Shown here: one piece after another, positions 7,856 through 16,146 of the stretch
How positions within the stretch are numbered: the first letter of the stretch is position 1
Layout: every line of letters begins with the position of its first letter
DNA from: a virus
Taxonomy: Duplodnaviria; Caudoviricetes
Reading direction: 5' to 3' (one strand)
Virus record (IMG/VR): IMGVR_UViG_2915650412_000004
Span: 1-64,000 of that record
DNA: 64,000 bases
The notes under the pieces: generated by a model
Databases searched by the model: none
Seen by the model: only the letters and a program-made list of their open reading frames with translations
Told to the model about the DNA's origin: nothing
Program-made: the position numbers and the translations under genes

Positions 7856-8290
7856 TATGTCATCAACCGACGCAGAAGACGCCGGACAGTTCGAAGGAGG
7901 GCCTACCTCATGATGCCAGAAAACATCCTCCCAAGGATATCGGCACTCAATAGATAGCAGCCGCGCTCAGGCGCAATCGTAATAGAGGAGAGAGCGAATG
8001 ACGAAAGTTGCCGACAGAAGCGAACCGGCTCTCGTTGAAGTGCCGCCATAGAATTCATCAGGGACGCTGGCCGCTGAAACGCGGCTGGCGCTTTCGCCGT
8101 GCTTTAAAAGCAGGCTGTTATGGGTCGGCACCACCCGTTACCCCAGCCTGCCCGTACGTCGCGGTTAACACGAGGAGGGCCGAAGCCGCTTCTACGCCGC
8201 GATTTCCTTCGCAGGTACCACCCCGCGCGACCAGACAGATGCCGTTAGACACGGCACTTGTCAACAGTCACCAACCACACACGAGGAGAC

Positions 8291-8575
8291 ATGCAGCATT
8301 CATCAAGGCACGAACTGCAGGCAACTGCCGCCGCGCACCGTAAAAATGGCGCGTCGTTCGGGAAGATCGCTGAACTAATGGGCATTACCAGAGGCCACGC
8401 ATGGTCGCTGCTTTCGGAAAGAATGCCCACGCTATCGGCGCCAGAGCCAACAGAGAAGACCGTTGTGCGCCGCACAACTTATAACGGCGGTTATTCGGGA
8501 GGTTGCATGGACATCTATGTCTCGCTGCCCCGCATAACCATTCTGGACGGTCCATATACAGGCACAGTCCACTAG
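8291..8575 (+). CDS. HTH DNA-binding protein
   Basis: GASFGKIAELMGITRGHAWSLL helix-turn-helix; CACGAGGAG leader at 8280-8288. Confidence 0.7.
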   Translation: MQHSSRHELQATAAAHRKNGASFGKIAELMGITRGHAWSLLSERMPTLSAPEPTEKTVVRRTTYNGGYSGGCMDIYVSLPRITILDGPYTGTVH

Positions 8576-8678
8576 CCTTACGAGGCGGGCCGACCGCGAG
8601 GATGACGGGGCCGACGATTAACCTCCCGACGAGGAGGCAATCTTGAAAACGAAATATACACGAACGGGCGAGCGGGAC

Positions 8679-8813
8679 ATGACAAACCGCAAGCCTTACC
8701 GGACGGCTGCGCAAAAAGCAGAGGCGCGCGCGAACGCCGTGCTTCGGAATGGGGCGCACGTTTCCAACGCGCCAGTCACTTACCACCGCGCACCAAAAAG
8801 AGGTGCCGCATGA
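8679..8813 (+). CDS. Small basic hypothetical protein (44 aa)
   Basis: MTNRKPYRTAAQK...KRGAA, ATGA-coupled to 8810. Confidence 0.5.
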   Translation: MTNRKPYRTAAQKAEARANAVLRNGAHVSNAPVTYHRAPKRGAA

Positions 8814-9112
8814 CCTGCGAATGCGGTGAATGCTGGGACTTACCCGGCGAAATCGTCGTCCACAAGCTGTGGAAATGGAAGGGCATCATTATCGAAGAGC
8901 GCGATAGCTTTCGTTGGCTGACTGTGCGTTTCATGATTCCCGGCACCGGCCTTGTGCAACTTGAAGTCTCGCGCTTCGAAGTCGAGCCCGATTTTGAAGA
9001 GGACGGCGGCGGTGTTGAGGCTGGTCAGCCTGAAGATGACAACGTCATCCCGGTCGATTTCACCAAGAAGGTGAAGCTTACGAAAAACACCAAGACGAGG
9101 GGAGCCGCTTAA
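8810..9112 (+). CDS. Phage hypothetical protein
   Basis: 100-aa ORF in the operon. Confidence 0.65.
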   Translation: MTCECGECWDLPGEIVVHKLWKWKGIIIEERDSFRWLTVRFMIPGTGLVQLEVSRFEVEPDFEEDGGGVEAGQPEDDNVIPVDFTKKVKLTKNTKTRGAA

Positions 9113-9198
9113 GCAGCCCACGGCAAACCGGGCGGCCAATCACGCTACGAAGCCCAGAGGGGATTCGCTGCCTGCATAAAGCAAAAAGGAGAGAAAAT

Positions 9199-9966
9199 AT
9201 GAGATTGAAAAAAGGCGACGAGGTACGATCGCATCGAGACTGTCCATTTGGTGGGTTTAAGACTGGTGATATCTTTACGATCACCGCAGTAGACGGCGAT
9301 TTTATTATGTTCGTCGATAACTACGGCAATAGTCGCCTACGTCCTGATGATGAATTCGAACTCCTGCCCGTTGCTGACGCAACCGGCAAACCTGCCTTCA
9401 AGGTTGGGGATCGGGTTGTTGCACTGAAAGACAGCGCCTACAGTATCAAGAAGGGAAGCATTTCCACCGTGATCCGGGTGGATGGGGATCATATTAGCAT
9501 CCGTAAAGAGAACGGCAAGGCTGATGGCTGGCTTGCCGAGTATTTCGCTCTAGCACCCCTCACCACCGAGACCGGCAAATTCTATCGTACCCGCGATGGA
9601 CGGAAGGTTGGGCCTATGGATGGGTGGACATCGGACCAGTTTCGCGAGCGCGCCGGAGATGGACGTTACTGGACAGTGGACGGCATTGGTCACGGTGAAG
9701 CGAAGGGGGAAGACCTCATCGCCGAATGGGTCGACGAGCCATCCAGCAATGACAACCAGCCGGTTGCGGAGCAACAGGAGGGAAGCGTTTTTATCGACGT
9801 GTCCAAGGCTGGCCCTTCACAACTGCACTTAGCAAAAGGACGGCTTGTTAAAATCAACCAAGGCTATGGTTTCGAGTTGGCCCGATACGGCGATTACGTC
9901 TGGGTTGATACCGGCAAGAAGCAACCCGTCGTTGCGCATATCAACGAAATTAAGGAGGCCGCATGA
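9199..9966 (+). CDS. Phage hypothetical protein with repeated small beta-barrel-like modules
   Basis: LKKGDEV / FKVGDRV repeats; AGGAG RBS. Confidence 0.7.
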   Translation: MRLKKGDEVRSHRDCPFGGFKTGDIFTITAVDGDFIMFVDNYGNSRLRPDDEFELLPVADATGKPAFKVGDRVVALKDSAYSIKKGSISTVIRVDGDHISIRKENGKADGWLAEYFALAPLTTETGKFYRTRDGRKVGPMDGWTSDQFRERAGDGRYWTVDGIGHGEAKGEDLIAEWVDEPSSNDNQPVAEQQEGSVFIDVSKAGPSQLHLAKGRLVKINQGYGFELARYGDYVWVDTGKKQPVVAHINEIKEAA

Positions 9967-10139
9967 CCTCCACCACGTACAGCCACACGCGCAACTATGC
10001 GCCCAAAGACTACGCGGATGGCGACACCCTCTATGAGCGGGAAACCACGCTCGGCCTTGGTGACCGCTTTCTCTGGGGCTTGGCAGTCGTTGCTGTGCTC
10101 GCCTTGACGGTCGGCTTCTACGCATGGGTGCTGGCATGA
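9963..10139 (+). CDS. Small membrane protein (58 aa)
   Basis: C-terminal FLWGLAVVAVLALTVGFYAWVLA; ATGA coupling. Confidence 0.55.
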   Translation: MTSTTYSHTRNYAPKDYADGDTLYERETTLGLGDRFLWGLAVVAVLALTVGFYAWVLA

Positions 10140-10333
10140 TCTCGTTTGCCACAAAAGCCACGGCTGACATGCCGTTCATCGATCCCTGGCGAAAGCCCGG
10201 TGTCGGACGCATCGGGCAGTCCTTGGCGCTTGCAGCGTTCGCGCTGGCAATCGCCACGACAATTGCAGCCTTCCTATTCTGGAACCTGCTGCTGCCGTTC
10301 TACGGGCTGCTTTATCTGTGGGGTGCGGCATGA
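10136..10333 (+). CDS. Small membrane protein
   Basis: Hydrophobic C-terminal half; ATGA coupling. Confidence 0.55.
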   Translation: MISFATKATADMPFIDPWRKPGVGRIGQSLALAAFALAIATTIAAFLFWNLLLPFYGLLYLWGAA

Positions 10334-10440
10334 CCGCCCCACGCGCATGGCTGCTCACAAGCCCGCCTGCATGGCTTGTCGGCTGGCTCATACTTGCGGC
10401 CGTCATCGCCGCAATCGCCGTTACCCACCACACCTACTGA
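10330..10440 (+). CDS. Small membrane peptide (36 aa)
   Basis: WLVGWLILAAVIAAIAV; ATGA coupling. Confidence 0.45.
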   Translation: MTAPRAWLLTSPPAWLVGWLILAAVIAAIAVTHHTY

Positions 10441-10454
10441 ACACGAGGAGACCT

Positions 10455-11240
10455 ATGGCTCTATCTCTTTCAAGCCTCAAGTCGACGAAGAGAAACGATC
10501 CGCCCGTGATCCTTCTCTACGGCGTCGACGGCATCGGCAAGACGTCGCTCGCGGCTGAATTCCCAGACCCGATCTATCTGGCAACCGAAGGCGAGCGCCC
10601 GCCGTCTGATATCGAAATGGCAACTCCTGGCACGATTGAATCCTTCGACGATCTGCTGAACGTCATCGGCGAACTGCTGACCGAAGAGCACGACCGGCGC
10701 ACCGTGATTATCGACAGCCTCGATGGGCTGGAACCGCTTGTTTGGCGTGCGACATGCGCGCGCTTGGGCGTGGCGAGTATTGAAGAACCTGGGTTCGGCC
10801 GCGGGTATGTTGAGGCCGACACCGAATGGAATGAGCTGATGAGCGCAGTCTCGGCTCTGGCGAGGGCTGGAATATATGTGGTGATGCTCGCGCACCCGGA
10901 GATTGTCCGCTTTGACAGCCCTATCACTGATCCATATTCGAGATATTCGGTCAAACTACATAAAAGAGCAAACGCACTGGTTCGCGAAAAAGTCGATATC
11001 GTTGCGTTCTTGAACTACCGCGTTTCGATCAAAGAAAAAGAGGTCGCCCGTCAAACGAAGGTCGCTCATGCCGAAGGTGGCAAAGAGCGACAGATACACC
11101 TGAACGAAGGTGCGGGGTTCGTTGCGAAGAACCGGTTCAGCATGCCGGATACCGTTTCCTACAAAAAAGGACAGGGTTTCGATGACTTGGCGCGGTACTG
11201 GTCTCTTGCCAATGACAATGGCCAGAGGGAGGCGGCGTGA
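10455..11240 (+). CDS. Sak4-like/AAA_24 phage ATPase (recombination)
   Basis: Walker A YGVDGIGKTS, Walker B TVIIDSLD, AKNRF C-terminal motif; real start at 10455 behind CACGAGGAG. Confidence 0.85.
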   Translation: MALSLSSLKSTKRNDPPVILLYGVDGIGKTSLAAEFPDPIYLATEGERPPSDIEMATPGTIESFDDLLNVIGELLTEEHDRRTVIIDSLDGLEPLVWRATCARLGVASIEEPGFGRGYVEADTEWNELMSAVSALARAGIYVVMLAHPEIVRFDSPITDPYSRYSVKLHKRANALVREKVDIVAFLNYRVSIKEKEVARQTKVAHAEGGKERQIHLNEGAGFVAKNRFSMPDTVSYKKGQGFDDLARYWSLANDNGQREAA

Positions 11241-11428
11241 TGGCGGTGCAATCCGACAAATTCCTCAACACGGTACGCGGCAAGGCAATGGTCGGCCATG
11301 CCTCGCCAGAGGAAATCATGAAGGTCTTCGATCATCTCGATGCACTCGAAATGTTTCTCGACGATCACGACGAGGACGATGTGTTTGGAACTGAAGGCTG
11401 GCGCCACACAATCGGCATGGAGGACTAA
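11237..11428 (+). CDS. Small acidic hypothetical protein
   Basis: 63 aa coupled ORF. Confidence 0.55.
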   Translation: MMAVQSDKFLNTVRGKAMVGHASPEEIMKVFDHLDALEMFLDDHDEDDVFGTEGWRHTIGMED

Positions 11429-11671
11429 ATGGAAAAAGCTCTAGCTGGCCTTGTCGCAATCGCGGCCATCCTCTTCTTCGCACCGCTCATCGGCGTTCTC
11501 GGTGGCGCGTTCGTCGGCTGGGTCGTGGGCCTGTTTTTCGCAGAAACGATCCATGCGTTCCTTGCCGCCGTTGGCATCAACGCGGCGGGCCTTGCGATGT
11601 GGCAGATCGGCGCTTCGCTCGGCTTCATCGGCGGGTTCTTCCGCCCGGCTATCCATCGGGCGAAGGCGTAG
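11429..11671 (+). CDS. Small membrane protein
   Basis: 80 aa, two to three hydrophobic helices. Confidence 0.65.
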   Translation: MEKALAGLVAIAAILFFAPLIGVLGGAFVGWVVGLFFAETIHAFLAAVGINAAGLAMWQIGASLGFIGGFFRPAIHRAKA

Positions 11672-11714
11672 GCCTCGCCGCTACCACACCACCAACAACA
11701 CGAGGAAATGACAG

Positions 11715-12266
11715 ATGGCAAAACTAGCCAGCAGATTTGATGCGACTGCTCACGATACGGAGCAGCGGGACTACGAAGAGCTGCCGAACGGCGACTATGA
11801 ACTGGAAATCGAGGCGTCGGAGGTCAAGGAAGGCGCAAACGGTACCGGCCTCAAGACAACGATGACGGTTCTTCGCCCCGAGGAATACAAGGGCCGGAAG
11901 GTCTTCAATTTCTACAATCTGGAGCACAAGAACGCTCAGGCGCAAGAGATCGGCCAGCGCCAGTTCGCGAGCCTTTGCCGCGCAATTGGTGTTTCGGAAG
12001 TCGAGGATTCCGAAGAACTGCACTTCAAAGCGTTCACGGCAAAGATTGGCCTCGGCAAGCCCTCAAAAGACGGCCAGTACCCGGCTCGCGCGGAAATAAA
12101 AAAATACTACTTTCCTGACGAAGGTAACGTCCCCCAGCCTTCGATCGATGCCAACCAGCCTGTAGCGCAGGCCCGCCCGGCCAATGACAACCGACCGGCT
12201 GCGGCTAACAGTAACAAACCGGCGCCGGCAGCAGCTGCGGCAGGCAAGAAGCGGCCTTGGGGTTAA
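11715..12266 (+). CDS. DUF669-family ssDNA-binding protein
   Basis: LPNGDYELEIEASEVK...GQRQFASLCRAIG; follows Sak4; low-complexity tail ending RPWG. Confidence 0.8.
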   Translation: MAKLASRFDATAHDTEQRDYEELPNGDYELEIEASEVKEGANGTGLKTTMTVLRPEEYKGRKVFNFYNLEHKNAQAQEIGQRQFASLCRAIGVSEVEDSEELHFKAFTAKIGLGKPSKDGQYPARAEIKKYYFPDEGNVPQPSIDANQPVAQARPANDNRPAAANSNKPAPAAAAAGKKRPWG

Positions 12267-12340
12267 GCCACACCACGCAGCTACTGGCGCGAAAGCGCCG
12301 GTAGCTGCCACCCTACCGAACCGAACACGAGGAGATACGC

Positions 12341-13186
12341 ATGGCTTATGAAGCGGAGCGCAGACAGATCGATGCCGCGTTGCCAATACGCTTTGACGGC
12401 GCCTTTGTAGCTGGCGGCGCTGTAACGAGCGTTTTCACCGGGGCGAAGATCAATGACGTTGATCTTTACTTCAAATCACGCCGGGCGTTTGAGCGCGCTG
12501 TTTATGACGCATATGAGGAAGGCCTATGGTGTGTCGCAGCTAGCAAGCGAGCGGTAACGTTTGCGGACCAAAGCAACAATATCGCCCAGTTGATGTATTT
12601 CGACTTCTTTCCGACTGCAGCAGATATCTTCAAGGCATTCGATTTCACCGTCTGCATGGGCGCAGTGGACTTGGATACAGGGGAGAAAATCGAATGGAGG
12701 GGAGGTTCACGTGTCACGCTTGGCGAAAAGCATCCTGACTCCGGCTTTGTTTTTCATCCGGACTTTCTGAAACACAACAGCCAGCGATTCCTGAAATTCA
12801 ACGCTGGAACGCGATATCCGTTGGCTTCGTCGACACGCGTTCTGAAGTACCAGCAACGCGGCTACACGATCGGCAAGGGCGACATGATGAAGATCGCGCT
12901 GGCTGTTCGTGGCGTGAAAATCGACACGTGGGAAGACTTGAAAGACCAGATTGGCGGCGCTTACGGCGACAAGGTTGTTCTCGGCAACGAGGACAAGCCA
13001 TTCTCCATCGAGGCGGCGATTGATGCCCTGACCGTCGAGGACGCCGAAAGCGAGCCTTGGGTGCAGCCTGCGAATGACAATATGCCGGGCACTGCAGAAG
13101 CGTTGCTGGCGCATATCGCAAAACTCAACGGCGTCGAATTCGTCCTGCCTGAACTCGATGCGGAGGGATGGCCGAAGGCGGCATGA
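12341..13186 (+). CDS. Nucleotidyltransferase (polymerase-beta superfamily, poly(A)-polymerase/CCA-like head)
   Basis: FVAGGAVTSVF...NDVDLYF (GG...DxD) and FDFTVCM motifs. Confidence 0.75.
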   Translation: MAYEAERRQIDAALPIRFDGAFVAGGAVTSVFTGAKINDVDLYFKSRRAFERAVYDAYEEGLWCVAASKRAVTFADQSNNIAQLMYFDFFPTAADIFKAFDFTVCMGAVDLDTGEKIEWRGGSRVTLGEKHPDSGFVFHPDFLKHNSQRFLKFNAGTRYPLASSTRVLKYQQRGYTIGKGDMMKIALAVRGVKIDTWEDLKDQIGGAYGDKVVLGNEDKPFSIEAAIDALTVEDAESEPWVQPANDNMPGTAEALLAHIAKLNGVEFVLPELDAEGWPKAA

Positions 13187-13196
13187 GGAGGAAAAC

Positions 13197-13403
13197 ATGA
13201 CGATACCCAAGCTGACGAAAGAGCAAGCCGCCATCATCGGCGCTTACACCGGCGTCACGGCAGGTCCATTTAGCGACATTCATGGATATGCAGAGAAGGT
13301 TCTAGGCCGTCCTGTATGGACGCATGAATTTGCCGACAAAAGGCTTTCCGAGAAGTTGCGCGCCGCCGCCAAGGACGACTTCCTGTCTATCTGCGCCGCC
13401 TAA
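13197..13403 (+). CDS. Phage hypothetical protein
   Basis: MTIPKLTKEQAAIIGAYTG; GAGGAGG RBS. Confidence 0.6.
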   Translation: MTIPKLTKEQAAIIGAYTGVTAGPFSDIHGYAEKVLGRPVWTHEFADKRLSEKLRAAAKDDFLSICAA

Positions 13404-13460
13404 AACCAACAGGCGCGGTTGCCAGCCGCGCCTTCTACCACCGAACACGAGGAGACTTTG

Positions 13461-14510
13461 ATGAGAGTAAGCATTGACCGCTCAGAGCTCGCGCACGCCT
13501 TGGCAACTGTCAACCGTGCCATCGAAAGCCGAAACACAATCCCCATTCTCGCCAACGTGCTCTTGGCGGTCGAGGACGGCCAGTTGCGCCTGACCGGGAC
13601 CGATCTGGACGTCGAGATAACGACCAGCCTGCCGGTGCTCGACTGCCAGCCCGGTAGCGTGACAGTTCCCGGTAAGATGCTTGCGGACATTGCAAAGCGC
13701 GCGACGGGAGACATCACCCTTGAACTGGATGCAGCTAGCGGTGGAGGCCGCCTTACCGTCGCGTCGGGTCGCAGCCGGTATAAACTCGACGTTTTGCCCG
13801 CTGAAGACTTTCCGTCCTTCAGCGCAGGGGAGTTCGACACGACGCTTGAGTTGGATCTGGCCGCGCTTGTGGCGCCGTGTGTGCACTGTATCTCGACCGA
13901 GGAAACCCGTTATTACCTCAATGGCGTTTATCTGCATGTTGTCGACGGTCGTTTGGTTGCGGTCGCAACAGACGGGCACCGGCTGATGCGCAACACAAGG
14001 CCGGAAGGCACCATAGAATACGGCGTTATCCTGCCGCGCAAGCTCGTAGGATTACTGCCAAAAGGCGCGGTTACCGTTGAACTGTCGCAAAATAAAGTAC
14101 GCGTCACGTCTGGCTCGACGGTTATCACGAGCAAGCTGATCGACGGCACGTTCCCCGACTATGTGCGCGTCATCCCGCGGAACAATGCGAGCGTGCTTAC
14201 CGTTGACCGGCAGGCGCTTATGAAGGCGGTCGAACGTGTCGCCGCGGTTGCCGACGACAAATCTCGCGCCGTGAAATTCGCCGTCGGCGATGTGCTGCGA
14301 CTAATGCTGGCTGACAAGGCGAGCGATGAAGTTTCGATTGAGTTCGAGGGCGAACCTTTGGAAATCGGCTTTAACGCCCGCTACGTCAACGACATGCTTG
14401 GCGCGTTGGATGAACCGAATGTGCGCTTTGCCCTTGGGGATGCGGGTTCGCCTGCCGTCGTCAAAGGCGAGGGCGAGTGGACTGCCGTGCTTATGCCGAT
14501 GAGGGTGTAG
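13461..14510 (+). CDS. dnaN: DNA polymerase III beta sliding clamp (phage copy)
   Basis: TIPILANVLL, GTDLD, TEETRYYLNGV, VATDGHRL, IDGTFPDY, GFNARY, VLMPMRV. Confidence 0.95.
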   Translation: MRVSIDRSELAHALATVNRAIESRNTIPILANVLLAVEDGQLRLTGTDLDVEITTSLPVLDCQPGSVTVPGKMLADIAKRATGDITLELDAASGGGRLTVASGRSRYKLDVLPAEDFPSFSAGEFDTTLELDLAALVAPCVHCISTEETRYYLNGVYLHVVDGRLVAVATDGHRLMRNTRPEGTIEYGVILPRKLVGLLPKGAVTVELSQNKVRVTSGSTVITSKLIDGTFPDYVRVIPRNNASVLTVDRQALMKAVERVAAVADDKSRAVKFAVGDVLRLMLADKASDEVSIEFEGEPLEIGFNARYVNDMLGALDEPNVRFALGDAGSPAVVKGEGEWTAVLMPMRV

Positions 14511-14513
14511 GGG

Positions 14514-15461
14514 ATGGCGCCCCTTCCAAAAGCAGAATCCAGCACCGTTCGCGCCATTTATCAAGCTTACGAGGCCGCCAACGAACAGCGAGACGGGAAG
14601 ACAATTCCCGCCTCGCAAGTGGCGGAAGAATGCAGTCGAAAGCTGTTCTTCGACTTCAGATGGACCACGCCGCATGAATTCATCCCCGGTCGAACGCTAC
14701 GCATCTTTGAAACTGGTAACCTTGAGGAAACACGCTGGATTGAGAACCTTCGCATGATCGGGTGTGAAGTCGTTGATTATGGCCCAGACGGGCGGCAAAT
14801 CCGCGTTGATCTCTGCGACGGTCATGTCGGTGGATATTTGGATTCCGAAATCCTTGGTCTGCCAGAGGCCCCGCGCACGTGGCATGTCGGTGAAATAAAG
14901 TCGCACAACCTGAAAAGCTTCACGGCGCTGAAAAAGGAAGGCGTTCAGAAAAGCAAGCCGCTCCATTTTGGGCAGATGCAAATCTACATGCATGCGCGTG
15001 GGCGCGACAGGGCGATATATCTCGCAGTCTGCAAGGACAACGACGAGCTTTACACCGAACGCGTCCATTATGACGCGACATACGTAGCGCGGCTTTTGGC
15101 AAAGGCCGAACACATCATTCATGCCAACGATCTACCGCCGCGTATTAGCGATAATCCTGAATTCTTTTCGTGCAAGTGGTGCAAACACCACTCGATTTGC
15201 CACGATGGCGCATGGCCGCGCACAAACTGCCGGACATGCATTTTCAGCAGCCCGGAGCCGGGCGGTGTTTGGTCCTGTGGCAGGTTCAACAAGCCATTGT
15301 CACTGGCCGAGCAAAGCGAGGGATGCCCTGCTTTCCTTACGTTACCGTGCTTGGTTCCAGGAGTTCAGACAGACTGTGACGAAGAAAACGAAACCATTAC
15401 CTATACCCTTAAGTCTGGTGAGGTGTGGACGGACGGGGCAGGTGTTAACCCCTGCCAATGA
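14514..15461 (+). CDS. PD-(D/E)xK exonuclease, Cas4-like phage type
   Basis: GGYLD, GEIKS, QMQIYM and cysteine cluster (CKWC, CRTC, C..F..L). Confidence 0.8.
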   Translation: MAPLPKAESSTVRAIYQAYEAANEQRDGKTIPASQVAEECSRKLFFDFRWTTPHEFIPGRTLRIFETGNLEETRWIENLRMIGCEVVDYGPDGRQIRVDLCDGHVGGYLDSEILGLPEAPRTWHVGEIKSHNLKSFTALKKEGVQKSKPLHFGQMQIYMHARGRDRAIYLAVCKDNDELYTERVHYDATYVARLLAKAEHIIHANDLPPRISDNPEFFSCKWCKHHSICHDGAWPRTNCRTCIFSSPEPGGVWSCGRFNKPLSLAEQSEGCPAFLTLPCLVPGVQTDCDEENETITYTLKSGEVWTDGAGVNPCQ

Positions 15462-16146
15462 TAACCATCCGAAGTACATGGGCCCGCATCTGCAAGACCG
15501 AAATATGGCGTTAGAGGTTGGTGCAAAATACTACTACACGGGGGTAGCGTGTATTCATGGCCATATGGCGCCAAGATCAGCTTCCGACGGCAAGTGCACG
15601 GTATGCAAATGGCTACAATGGGAAGCAAACCGTAGAAAAAAAGGAAAGAAGCCCTTTGAACCAAATTGGAAAAAGGCCGACGCGCAAGAACTAGGTGATA
15701 AGTTCTTTCATGGGGATACATGCCCGCACGGCCATAGCGGTATGCGCTGGACGCACAATGGAGCGTGCGTTGAGTGCACGATCAATGCAGCAAGGAAATT
15801 TCAAAACACTCCAGAAGGCATAAAGGCAAGAAAACAGTGGCGCTTCGACAATCCAGATAAGGTTCGAGAATATAACAGAAACTCAAAAGCCAAGAGAAAG
15901 GGCGCAGAAGGAACTCACACAGCACAAGACATACGAGATATCCTGACTAGACAAAAATACAAATGCGTTGAGTGCGGGGTGTCTGTTCGGAAAAAAAGCA
16001 ATCGCCACGTTGATCATATTATGCCGATTGCCCTTGGCGGAACAAACTGGCCATTTAATCTTCAAGTGTTGTGTCCGTCCTGCAACCTTTCAAAAAATGC
16101 AAAACACCCACTCGAATGGGCTAGAGAGAAGGGGCGATTAGTTTAA
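15442..16146 (+). CDS. Free-standing HNH endonuclease
   Basis: Two C-x-HGH...C..C repeats plus CVECG...HVDHIMP...NLQVLCPSCNLSK; start uncertain (GTG 15442 or ATG 15478). Confidence 0.8.
   Translation: MLTPANDNHPKYMGPHLQDRNMALEVGAKYYYTGVACIHGHMAPRSASDGKCTVCKWLQWEANRRKKGKKPFEPNWKKADAQELGDKFFHGDTCPHGHSGMRWTHNGACVECTINAARKFQNTPEGIKARKQWRFDNPDKVREYNRNSKAKRKGAEGTHTAQDIRDILTRQKYKCVECGVSVRKKSNRHVDHIMPIALGGTNWPFNLQVLCPSCNLSKNAKHPLEWAREKGRLV

Noticed and set aside
10146-10454. N-terminal extensions of ORF-track calls for the ATPase (also 15121-15441, 7771-7866, 29392-29460)
   Set aside because: They overlap other real genes or lack an RBS; better starts lie downstream
14514-15461. cas4 of a CRISPR system or TIGR adaptation gene
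   Set aside because: Sits in the usual phage recombination module between clamp and helicase, 9 kb from the array; nothing in the sequence links it to spacer acquisition
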